NCBI GenBank assembly: GCA_903837355.1
Contig: CAILUI010000200.1
Location: 2,311 to 66,310 of the forward strand
Direction: 5' to 3'
DNA length: 64,000 nt
Source of the DNA: an uncultured Victivallales bacterium
GTDB lineage: Bacteria; Verrucomicrobiota; Lentisphaeria; Oligosphaerales; JAFGRS01
Under the pieces are notes generated by a model. That model was not told the origin of the DNA. It saw only the letters and a list, made by a program, of their open reading frames with translations, and searched no databases. This document shows, in pieces, positions 10,208 through 18,864 of this stretch. Within the stretch, counting starts at the first letter, position 1, and each line of letters starts with the position of its first letter. Made by a program: the position numbers and the translations under genes.

Positions 10208-10490
10208 CGATGGACCGTAGAAATCTCTGCGCGAGTGTTTGGGGCGCGGGACTGCCTCAAGAAGGCTCGCGCGAGGCCGACTGGCGGTGCTTGTCTCAGT
10301 ACGCCGCGCGGCCCCCGGTCTGCCCAACGGCAAGACCCCGCGCGGTACCCCAGAGGCGCTCGGGACCCTGCTGGCCAGTCCTGCCGTCCGGCAGGACTGC
10401 GCGCCCTACCGGAGATGCCGCGCTCCGGATCTTGAAACCGCCCTGTCCGGGAGGCCGGGCGGCTGGCGCGGGTGGGCTCGGGGCGCTAAC

Positions 10491-10677
10491 CTAGTGTGTC
10501 GTCCGCCTATCCCGGTGGTGTGTGGCGGGCACCTCTGAACGTCCAACATCGAACACTGAACATCGAACATCGAAGTACCACCGCACGGGCGAGTGTCCTT
10601 CCTTCGACGTTGGACGTTGGACGTTCAGTGTTCGATGTTCATGGATAGCACAACGGATCTTGCGGGCGTTACACTAG
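10491..10677. mobile_element. MITE-like element A with inverted heptamer-repeat core
   Basis: Ends CTAGTGTGTCGTCCGC / GCGGGCGTTACACTAG are a 13/16 inverted match, with CTAG at both ends. Inside are five (G/C)AAC(A/G)TC-type 7-mers at about 10537-10574, inverted at about 10602-10641. Confidence 0.65.
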
Positions 10678-10734
10678 CGCCGTTGTGCTGGAGTCCTGCC
10701 TACGTACGGGGCTGATAAGGTGGAGGATTGACCC

Positions 10735-11664
10735 ATGGCTGTGCCCTTCCCCAAGCTGGATACGGCGGCGCTGATTCGGCGCCTCGAACTGCCGGCGGCC
10801 AAGCCGGTGCGGGCGGTGCTGGACACCGACACCTACAACGAGGTTGACGACCAGTTTGCCCTGGCCTACGCCGTGCTGGCGAAGGAGTCACTGAGTTTGG
10901 AGGCGGTGTATGCCGCGCCCTTCACGAACGACCGTTCCAGCGGCCCTGGGGACGGGATGGAGCGGAGCTATGAGGAGATTCTGCGGGTTCTGGACCGCCT
11001 GGGCGAGGCGCGTCGGGACGGCTTCGTGTTCCGGGGTTCGGATCGTTACCTGCCGGGTCCGGGCCAGCCGGTCGACAGCCCCGCTGCCCGCGACCTGGTG
11101 ACCAAGGCCATGGCCGGCGACGGCACGGCGCCGCTGTACGTGCTGACCATCGGTGCCCCGACGAATGTGGCCAGCGCCCTACTACTGGAGCCGCGCCTCG
11201 TCGAGCGCATCGTGGTGGTCTGGCTCGGCGGGCAGCCGCACGACTGGCCCACGGCCCGCGAGTTCAACCTGCAGCAGGATCTGCCCGCCTCGCAGTTGCT
11301 GTTCGACGCCGGCGTGCCCCTGGTGCAGGTGCCCTGCACCAACGTCGCCGAGCATCTGCGCACGACGCTGCCCGAACTCGAGGCCTGGATGCGCGGGCGC
11401 AGCGCTCTGGGCGACTACCTGTTCGACATCGTGCGCGGCTACCACACCGACCACTTCGCCTGGTCGAAGGTGATCTGGGACGTCTCCACCGTGGCCTGGC
11501 TGGTGAACCCCGGCTGGATCCCCTCCGCCCTCGTCCACAGTCCGCACCTCACGGACCAGATCACCTACAGCCAGAATCTGCACCGCCACTTCATACGCGT
11601 CGCCACGCACTGCGACCGCGACGCCATCTTCCGCGATATCTTCACGCGCTTTGCGGCCCTGTAG
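10735..11664 (+). CDS. Inosine-uridine preferring nucleoside hydrolase family protein
   Basis: N-terminal DTDTYNEVDDQFA Asp cluster, plus IGAPTN, EFN and IWD motifs. Confidence 0.88.
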   Translation: MAVPFPKLDTAALIRRLELPAAKPVRAVLDTDTYNEVDDQFALAYAVLAKESLSLEAVYAAPFTNDRSSGPGDGMERSYEEILRVLDRLGEARRDGFVFRGSDRYLPGPGQPVDSPAARDLVTKAMAGDGTAPLYVLTIGAPTNVASALLLEPRLVERIVVVWLGGQPHDWPTAREFNLQQDLPASQLLFDAGVPLVQVPCTNVAEHLRTTLPELEAWMRGRSALGDYLFDIVRGYHTDHFAWSKVIWDVSTVAWLVNPGWIPSALVHSPHLTDQITYSQNLHRHFIRVATHCDRDAIFRDIFTRFAAL

Positions 11665-11672
11665 AGGCAGGG

Positions 11673-12794
11673 TCAGTGGTGCGAGAAGACGCGCTCGGGG
11701 GCATGGCAGAAGGCCACCCCGAGTTCGTTGGCGCGGACGATGACCTCGGCATCCTTCAGCGAACCCGCCGGGGCGATGACGGCGCGCACGCCGGCCTGGG
11801 CGGCGACCTCGAGGCCGTCGTAGAAGGGGAAGAAGCCATCGCTGGCCATCGCCGCGCCGTCGATGGTTTCCGTTCCGGCGTACTTGTGCTCGACCTTCCA
11901 GACCGCCTTCTCGACCGCGCCGACGCGGTCCTGCTCGCCGGTTCCGACGGCCAACGAACTACCGTTCTTGAGCAGGATGACGCCGTTGGAGCGCACGCTG
12001 ATGTTCATGTACCAGGCGATGAGCAGGTCGCGCTTCTGCGCCGGCGTCGCCGCCACCGTACTGCGCACCCGGCCCAGTTCCTTGCTCTCGGCCTCGGCCG
12101 GCTTGAGGTCGTCGCAGCTGCGCACCTGCGTCAGCAAGGGATCCGCCACCACCAGCGAGCCGTCGGCCAGGACCTTGATCGTGCGGTAGCCTTCGACGGG
12201 GTCGCCGACGAACTTCGGTAGCGCCGCCAGGTCGCCGCAGCGGATGATGCGGATGCTCTTGTTCAGAGCGTAGGTCGTGGCGTCGTTGAAGACCGCCAGG
12301 GCGTCGGCGTCGAAGTCCGGCGCCACCACGCACTCGACGAAGGTGCCCATGATCTCGCGGGCCGTCGCCGCGTCGACCTTGACGCTGAAGGCGACCACGC
12401 TGCCGAAAGCCGCCCGCGGATCGCAGTCGCGCGCCTTCTTGTAGACACTCAGGACGGTGTCGCCGGGGATCGCCACCGCGGCGCCGCTAGGATTGACGTG
12501 CTTCATACAGGCGCAGGCCGGTTCACGGAAGAACTTGAGGATGTTCAGCGCGTAGCTGATATCCTCGAGATTCGTCTGTGAGAGACCGCTCTTGCCGGTC
12601 TTGAGGATGGTCATGCCACCGATGACGCCGGGGGCACCCACGGGTCGGTAGAAGGCGGCGGTCTGGTGCGGGTTGGTGCCGTAGCGCAGGTCCTCGACCT
12701 TCTCGTAGTCCAGGCCCAGCATCTGCAGGGTGGTCGCGTAGTCGCCGACGTTGCGGGAGACGTAGGTCGAGCGCGAGAGTTTCGGCGCAGCCAT
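11673..12794 (-). CDS. purH: AICAR transformylase domain of PurH (stand-alone, lacking the IMP cyclohydrolase domain)
   Basis: Motifs LRYGTNPHQ, KHVNPSG, AFGSVVA, SNG, GEQDRV and ASDGFFPF. Only 373 aa long. Confidence 0.85.
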   Translation of the reverse strand: MAAPKLSRSTYVSRNVGDYATTLQMLGLDYEKVEDLRYGTNPHQTAAFYRPVGAPGVIGGMTILKTGKSGLSQTNLEDISYALNILKFFREPACACMKHVNPSGAAVAIPGDTVLSVYKKARDCDPRAAFGSVVAFSVKVDAATAREIMGTFVECVVAPDFDADALAVFNDATTYALNKSIRIIRCGDLAALPKFVGDPVEGYRTIKVLADGSLVVADPLLTQVRSCDDLKPAEAESKELGRVRSTVAATPAQKRDLLIAWYMNISVRSNGVILLKNGSSLAVGTGEQDRVGAVEKAVWKVEHKYAGTETIDGAAMASDGFFPFYDGLEVAAQAGVRAVIAPAGSLKDAEVIVRANELGVAFCHAPERVFSHH

Positions 12795-12882
12795 CGGGCA
12801 TCCTCCTGAGGGATAATGATCTTCGGAAGGCCTCTAATGTCAGCCGCGCCAGGCGCCCTGTCAACCGTCGGCGCAGGCTCAT

Positions 12883-13057
12883 CAGGGCTGTTCCAAGATC
12901 GCGGTTCCCGCTACGGGTGAGCGCGTGAGAACGTGAAAGCGTGGATTCGTGGCAGACGGCCGGCTCACGCGCCTTAACCCTCACGCAATCACGCTCTCAC
13001 GCTTTCACCGTGCCGGTGACCAACACCGATGGTCGTTGGGAAAACGGAACAGCCCTG
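12883..13057. mobile_element. MITE B, copy 1 (175 bp)
   Basis: Perfect 12-bp TIR CAGGGCTGTTCC and perfect 9-bp target duplication CAGGCTCAT (12874-12882 / 13058-13066). A near-identical copy lies at 60253-60427. Confidence 0.92.
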
Positions 13058-13177
13058 CAGGCTCATACGCCGCGCTGGCAGAGCGCGCCGCAGCGGGGCA
13101 TATTGGCAGGACCGGCGGGTCCCGGACCGGGTACGCGCGGTGCCACGAGAGTACGTTTTGATGGGGGGGGTGATCCC

Positions 13178-16100
13178 ATGAACAGAGCCGCCTACGCGGG
13201 GGCATTGTTGGCGTCGACGTTGGCCCTGGCCCAGGGCGCCAGTCTGTACGTGTCGCCGACCGGTAGCGATGGCAACGACGGCTCCGCACCGGCAGACGGC
13301 AAGGCGCTGCGCACGGTGCAGGCTGCGGTCGACCGGGCCCAGCCGGGTGACACGGTGCTGCTGCGCGGCGGCGTCTATCGCGAAACCGTCGTCTTCCCGC
13401 GCAGCGGCAGCGCCGAGCAGCCGATCACGGTCAAGGCCGTCGCTGCTGAGAAGGCGCTGATCAGCGGTTGCGACCCGGTGGGCGGGTGGACGGTGCACGA
13501 TGCCGCCAAGGGCATCTGGAAAGCGCCCATGGCCTGGACGCTGGGGCTGGGCCGCAACCAGGTTTTCGTGGCCGGCGAAGTGCTGATTGAGGCCCGCCAC
13601 CCGAACCTCCCCGACCCCGGCCTGGGGATGTACGTCGCCGACCTCAGCCCACTGTGGCCGACCTTCGCCGAAACCTCGATCCCCGACGCCAAGGTCGCCC
13701 CGGGACGCATCACGGGCCGGTTCCTCGAGGGGGTCCCGGACGACTACTGGAAGGGCGCCTGCTACTACGGGGTGCATTACGAGGGTTGGGCGGCCCAGAC
13801 CGGCGTCGTCGAGAGCTCGCAGGCCGGCGAGATCAGCGTCGGTGATCGCACCCGCACCTGGTGGTTTGGCTCGGCCTACGGCGGCGGCTACCGACCCGAG
13901 GAAGGCCGGGGCATGCTGGTCGGCCACCTGAACGCCCTCGATCAGCCCGGCGAGTGGCACTGGCAGGACGGCACGCTGTACCTGATCCCGCGCGACGGCC
14001 AGCAACCCGCCCAGGTCGAAGCCAAAGCCCGCCAACTCGCCTTCGATTTCAGCGGGCGCGAGCACCTCCGCCTCGAGGGGCTGACCGTCCGCGCCGCGTC
14101 GCTGCGCCTGGACGGTTCCGCCTCCTGCACCGTCGAGGGCTGCGACCTGGCCTACATCTCGCACTACACGCGGCACTACGACATCGGCCAGATCGAAACC
14201 GGCCGCAATACCATCACCTCGGGCGAGACCGGCATCTTCGTCGGCGGACACGATAATACCTTCCGCAACTGCAGCGTCCGGATCAGCGCCGGGGCGGGCT
14301 TCTACCTCCGCGGCTACCACCACACCATCCACAACTGCCTGATCGATGAGGTCAGTTACACCAGCCACTACCTCAATGCCATCACCGACGCGGTCTCCGA
14401 TTTCCAGGACTACGAGAACTTCCTGGTCGGCGGACACGTCATCACCTACAACACCATGCGCAATGCCGGCCGGCATTTCTTCAATGTCTACGGCAATGGC
14501 ACCAGCACCGCCTCGCGCACCCGTGGACCGATGGATTACATGGCCACGCTGTTCGCGCATAACCACCTGTACAACGGCATGTTACAGACCAAGGACGCCG
14601 GCTTCATCACGGGCTACTACTCGAGCGGTGGCACGCTCGACGGGTTGAACACGCAGATCGCCTACAACGTCATGCACGACTGCTACGACATCTTCGCCAT
14701 GCGCATCAGCGTGCTCGGCATCGTCTATCTCGATGCCGGTTCCTGCGACGTCGACCTCTACAACAACCTGCTCTGGGCCGCGCCCGGCTCGCTGCAGCGG
14801 GGCCTCTGGTATAACACCATGTGCGTCGACGTCCATGAGCGCGACAATCTCTTCCACGGCGACTTCGAACGCAGCAGCACCGAGCTCCAGCCCGCGGACT
14901 TCCCCGGCGGCAAGCCCTTCCGTTTCGGCCACGATTTCGCGAATCCCCCGCCGCTGCCGGCCTGGCCACAGCTCGAACGCCGTGTCGTCGAGGCCGAGGC
15001 CGGTACCGCCCAGGGCGCCACGGTGGCGCCGACCGCTACCGGCCTCGGCGGGCTGCAGGACGGCGACTCCATCGATCTGGGCGCCGTCGACTTCACGGCG
15101 GGCTGGCAGTCCGCCATCGTGCAATTCGCCAGCGCCGTGAAGGAATTGAACGCGGACAAGGCGGCGCGCGCGGCCCCCCGGCACCAGAAGGCCACCGACC
15201 CGCTGGTGCTGGAGGCGATCGTCAACGACGGCGCTCAGGAAAAGATCCGCACCCAGTGGACCTTCGTCCACGGCGTCCGCGACAGCGCCTGGATCCGCTT
15301 CAATCAGGTGCCGCTGGGCGAGGGCTACGGGCGCTTCCGGGCCATCTACGGCAATGACCAGGAGACGCCGCGGCGCCTGGAGATCCGTCTGGACGCAGTG
15401 GACGGCCCGCTGGTCGGCGAGGTCACCCTGCCGCAGACCGACCGGCCCCGCGGCGGCCGTATCCAGATCTACGGGGCGGCAACCGGCACGGTCACCCCCG
15501 AGGCCACGGGCACGCATGACGTCTTCCTGGTCTTCCGTGCCGACGACGGCAAGGCGGTCGCTGAGTTCGAGTACTTCCGTTTCGAGCAGTACCGCGGCCA
15601 GATTGCCCTGCAGAAGAACGAGGTCAAGCTGGAACTCCGCGTTGGCGCGGCAGACGGCGCGAAGATCGGTGAGTTCTACCCGCGCTGCAGCGGCGGGCCG
15701 GACACCTTCCGCGAACTGGTGGCCACGCTCGAACCCGTCACCGGCGTGCAGCCCCTCTTCGCCGTGGTGCGCTCGGCCGTGAGCGGTCCCATCGGCACCA
15801 TCGACGCCTTCCGGCTCGAGAAGGCACGCCAGCCCATCGACTGGACCGGCGTCGGCAGTGCCCCCCTGGAACGCGACGGCCGGCCCCTCTACCCCGAAGC
15901 CACGAACCGCCCGTGCGCCCGGCCCGCGGACAAGTACCCGCAGGCCAGCGCCGCAGCCGCCGATGGCCGCCCCCGGCCGGTGGCCGTGGCCGTGCCGCTC
16001 GACGCGGCGCCGGTGATCGATGGCGCCCTGGACGAATGGCCCGTCAGCGATCCTGGGCGCACGCTGGTCCTGAAGGAGTCGTTTGACGCCACGCCGACCA

Positions 16101-17170
16101 CCGCACCCCATAGCCAGGCGTGGATCGGCTACGACGCCGAGGCGCTCTACCTCGCCCTGCGCCACCCGGTAACCAACGCGGCGGCGCTGCTGCCCTCCGC
16201 ACACACCTGGGGCCGTGACGACGGTGTTGAGATCGCCTTCCAGGACGCTTTCGCGAAAACGGCGGGGCCCATCCTGACGCTCTACGGCTTCCCCGATGGC
16301 CACTTCAGCAGCGAGGACTACGGCGGTGCCAGCCCCGCGGCCAGCGCCGGCCTGGAAAAGGCCGTGACCTACACGGCCAAGGTCGGCACCGGCGAGTGGA
16401 CCTGCGAATGGCGCATCCCCTTTGCCGCCTGTGGCTTTACGCCGGCCACGGCGCCCGCCCTCCGCTTCAACCTGGGCGTCCGGAAGACCACTCCGGAAGC
16501 CTGGGTGATCTGGCGCGGTACCGGTGGGGCCACCTACCAGGTTGCCAACGCCGGCCTGCTTGTCTTCCCCACCCAGATGGTCGTCGCCGGAGTGCCCAAC
16601 GAGGGGCTGGAAGTCTGGCTGGATGCGGCCGCTGCGGCCACCGTACAGCGCGACTTGGCCGACAATGTCGCCGTCTGGAAGGACAAGAGCGGCAAAGGCC
16701 GCGATGCGCGCCAGGACGCCGCGGCGTTTCGGCCGCAGTTCGCGGCGACCGGGCTGAATGGCCGGCCGGCCCTCTGCTTTGACGAGAAACGCCTGACCCG
16801 CCTGGAACTGCCTGATCTCAGCGAGAAGAAGCTCAGCGGCATGGTCTTCGCGGTCATCAGCAACCCGGTCGAGAGCGCCGAGGTCAACCACGACCCGCGC
16901 ATCTTCACCAGCAGCGACGGTAAGGAGTTCGATTTCCTGGTCGGCATCGCGGCCACGGTCCCGAACCTGGAAACCGGCGGCCCGCGCCTGGTCGTCCACG
17001 GCTTCAGCGAGCGCTGGGCCAAGGTCGTCCGCGTCGGCTGTTTCTCGCCCAACCCGCAGACCTTCTTCAGCGGCCCCATGGCCGAGATCCTGGTCTACAG
17101 CCGGGCCCTGTCTCCGGCCGAGCAGGACCGCCTGCGGGCCTATCTTGCCGCCAAGTGGGGCGTGGAGTAG
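13178..17170 (+). CDS. Large secreted multidomain CAZyme-like protein: beta-helix (pectin lyase fold), CBM6-like, CBM9-like and C-terminal LamG-like domains
   Basis: Signal peptide; YVSPTGSDGNDGS...GDTVLLRGGVYRE; LDQPGEW; LEIRLDAVDGPLVG...GTHDVFLVF (CBM6); PVIDGALDEW...DDGVEI (CBM9); LEVWLDAA...WKDKSG (LamG-like). Confidence 0.8.
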   Translation: MNRAAYAGALLASTLALAQGASLYVSPTGSDGNDGSAPADGKALRTVQAAVDRAQPGDTVLLRGGVYRETVVFPRSGSAEQPITVKAVAAEKALISGCDPVGGWTVHDAAKGIWKAPMAWTLGLGRNQVFVAGEVLIEARHPNLPDPGLGMYVADLSPLWPTFAETSIPDAKVAPGRITGRFLEGVPDDYWKGACYYGVHYEGWAAQTGVVESSQAGEISVGDRTRTWWFGSAYGGGYRPEEGRGMLVGHLNALDQPGEWHWQDGTLYLIPRDGQQPAQVEAKARQLAFDFSGREHLRLEGLTVRAASLRLDGSASCTVEGCDLAYISHYTRHYDIGQIETGRNTITSGETGIFVGGHDNTFRNCSVRISAGAGFYLRGYHHTIHNCLIDEVSYTSHYLNAITDAVSDFQDYENFLVGGHVITYNTMRNAGRHFFNVYGNGTSTASRTRGPMDYMATLFAHNHLYNGMLQTKDAGFITGYYSSGGTLDGLNTQIAYNVMHDCYDIFAMRISVLGIVYLDAGSCDVDLYNNLLWAAPGSLQRGLWYNTMCVDVHERDNLFHGDFERSSTELQPADFPGGKPFRFGHDFANPPPLPAWPQLERRVVEAEAGTAQGATVAPTATGLGGLQDGDSIDLGAVDFTAGWQSAIVQFASAVKELNADKAARAAPRHQKATDPLVLEAIVNDGAQEKIRTQWTFVHGVRDSAWIRFNQVPLGEGYGRFRAIYGNDQETPRRLEIRLDAVDGPLVGEVTLPQTDRPRGGRIQIYGAATGTVTPEATGTHDVFLVFRADDGKAVAEFEYFRFEQYRGQIALQKNEVKLELRVGAADGAKIGEFYPRCSGGPDTFRELVATLEPVTGVQPLFAVVRSAVSGPIGTIDAFRLEKARQPIDWTGVGSAPLERDGRPLYPEATNRPCARPADKYPQASAAAADGRPRPVAVAVPLDAAPVIDGALDEWPVSDPGRTLVLKESFDATPTTAPHSQAWIGYDAEALYLALRHPVTNAAALLPSAHTWGRDDGVEIAFQDAFAKTAGPILTLYGFPDGHFSSEDYGGASPAASAGLEKAVTYTAKVGTGEWTCEWRIPFAACGFTPATAPALRFNLGVRKTTPEAWVIWRGTGGATYQVANAGLLVFPTQMVVAGVPNEGLEVWLDAAAAATVQRDLADNVAVWKDKSGKGRDARQDAAAFRPQFAATGLNGRPALCFDEKRLTRLELPDLSEKKLSGMVFAVISNPVESAEVNHDPRIFTSSDGKEFDFLVGIAATVPNLETGGPRLVVHGFSERWAKVVRVGCFSPNPQTFFSGPMAEILVYSRALSPAEQDRLRAYLAAKWGVE

Positions 17171-17171
17171 C

Positions 17172-17669
17172 ATGTCAGCACCAGCCATCCGTCTGGCGCG
17201 GGCTGAGGACATGGGTGTCGTCAACGACATCTATAACCACTATGTGCTGCACTCGACCTGCACCTTCCAGGAGACGCCCGAGCCGCTGGCGGGCCGCCGG
17301 GAATGGTTTGCCCGGCATGGCACGGCCCACCCCGTGACCGTCGCCGAACTCGACGGGCAGATCGTGGGCTGGGGCGCGCTCTCGGCCTACCACAGCCGCA
17401 GCGCCTACCGGTTCACGGTCGAGAACTCGGTCTACGTCGACGCTCGCTTCCAGCGCCGCGGCCTCGGGGCGGCGATCCTGGGTGACCTCGTCGAACGGGC
17501 CGGCGCCCTGGGCCATCACGCCATCATCGCGGTGATCGCCGCCGACCAGGCCGCCAGCCTCGGCCTCCATGCCCGCTTCGGCTTTGCCGAGGTAGGGCAC
17601 TTCCGCGAGGTCGGCCGCAAGTTCGGGCGCTGGCTCGATGTGGTCTACATGGAGCGCCAGAATGGCTGA
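17172..17669 (+). CDS. GNAT acetyltransferase, phosphinothricin/methionine sulfoximine acetyltransferase (Pat/YncA) type
   Basis: Motifs IYNHYV..STCTF, YRFTVENSVYV, QRRGLG and VGRKFGRWLDV. Confidence 0.9.
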   Translation: MSAPAIRLARAEDMGVVNDIYNHYVLHSTCTFQETPEPLAGRREWFARHGTAHPVTVAELDGQIVGWGALSAYHSRSAYRFTVENSVYVDARFQRRGLGAAILGDLVERAGALGHHAIIAVIAADQAASLGLHARFGFAEVGHFREVGRKFGRWLDVVYMERQNG

Positions 17670-18564
17670 CAGATATCGTGGTGCACTCGTGGGGCTGGCT
17701 GCCGGCGATGCGGTCGGCACCACGGTCGAGTTCAGCCCGCGCGGCTCGTTTGCGCCCCTGACGGACATGGTGGGCGGCGGACCCTTCGGCCTGCAGCCTG
17801 GCCAGTGGACAGACGACACCTCGATGGCCCTCTGCCTGGCCGTCAGCCTGGTCGAGTGCCGGGGCTTCGATGCCGGCGACCAGATGGCGCGCTATCAAGA
17901 TTGGTCGCAACACGGTTACCTCAGCAGCACCGGCTCGTGTTTCGACATGGGCCGGACCGTGGCCGAGGCGCTGGCGCGTTTCGGCCGCACCGGCGAACCC
18001 TTCAGCGGCTCGACCGCGCCCAACACGGCCGGCAACGGCTCGCTGATGCGGCTGGCGTCCATCCCCATCTTCTACGCCCCTGACCTGGCCCAGGCTGAGC
18101 ACTTCGCCGCCGAGAGCTCCCGCACCACACACGGCACGGCGGAGTGCCTGGACGCCTGCCGCCTCTTCGCCCGCATGCTCTGCCGTGCCTTCGCCGGCGC
18201 CAGCAAGGACGAGGTGCTGCTCGCCGATGCCGCGGCGTTCTCCGGAGCGCCGAAGATTACGGCCATCGCCCGCGGCGACTACCGCGGCAAGCCCGCCAGC
18301 GCCATCCGTGGCAGCGGCTACGTGGTGGCGTCCCTGGAAGCGGCGTTGTGGTGTTTTCACCAGACCGCGAGCTTCGAAGCCGCCATCCTCCTGGCCGCCA
18401 ACCTTGGCGACGACGCCGACACCACCGCCGCCGTCTGCGGTCAGATCGCGGGAGCCTTCTACGGCGAAGCGGGGATCCCGCCGGGGTGGCTGGCCAAACT
18501 GGCCCAGCTCGACACCCTGCGCCGTACCGCCGACCAACTCCGGCAGGGAAGGACAGGAGGCTGA
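17662..18564 (+). CDS. ADP-ribosylglycohydrolase family protein (DraG/ARH)
   Basis: Motifs GLAAGDAVG, WTDDT, GNGSLMR and GDDADTTAAVCG. Confidence 0.92.
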   Translation: MADRYRGALVGLAAGDAVGTTVEFSPRGSFAPLTDMVGGGPFGLQPGQWTDDTSMALCLAVSLVECRGFDAGDQMARYQDWSQHGYLSSTGSCFDMGRTVAEALARFGRTGEPFSGSTAPNTAGNGSLMRLASIPIFYAPDLAQAEHFAAESSRTTHGTAECLDACRLFARMLCRAFAGASKDEVLLADAAAFSGAPKITAIARGDYRGKPASAIRGSGYVVASLEAALWCFHQTASFEAAILLAANLGDDADTTAAVCGQIAGAFYGEAGIPPGWLAKLAQLDTLRRTADQLRQGRTGG

Positions 18565-18747
18565 CACTGGCTCGAGGGTTTGCTCGAATTCCCCAAAGGC
18601 GTCGACTACCTGCGGCAGCTTGCGGCCTGCCTGGACGGGTGTCCTGAGGCGCTGGCGTGCCGCCACTGGCTCCTGCCGCTGCGACAGGTGCTGTTCGCCG
18701 CGACGGTACTGGTCCACGTGCTCCGGCGCTGGCTGCCGCCGTGGTGA
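18565..18747 (+). pseudogene. In-frame 60-codon tail after the ARH stop codon, resembling the C-terminus of another ARH subfamily
   Basis: Translates to HWLEGLLEFPKGVDYLRQLAACL...VLVHVLRRWLPPW* in the same frame as the ARH gene, with coding-like codon usage and no good start. Confidence 0.45.
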
Positions 18748-18864
18748 CGAGCTCGGCCCTCGCAGATCCCGCCGGCCGGAGGCCCTCAGATGCCCACGTG
18801 CGAGCGCCTCGCCCCGGCGCGCCGCTCTGGCAGAGCCCTTGCCGCGATGGTATCTTCAGGGCCC

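Noticed and set aside
12941-13177. N-terminal extension of the 1409-aa ORF
   Set aside because: It runs through MITE B. The signal peptide begins at ATG 13178.
18562-18564. Selenocysteine codon in the ARH gene
   Set aside because: The TGA is at the natural end of a complete ARH domain, not at a catalytic Cys position, and I see no convincing SECIS.
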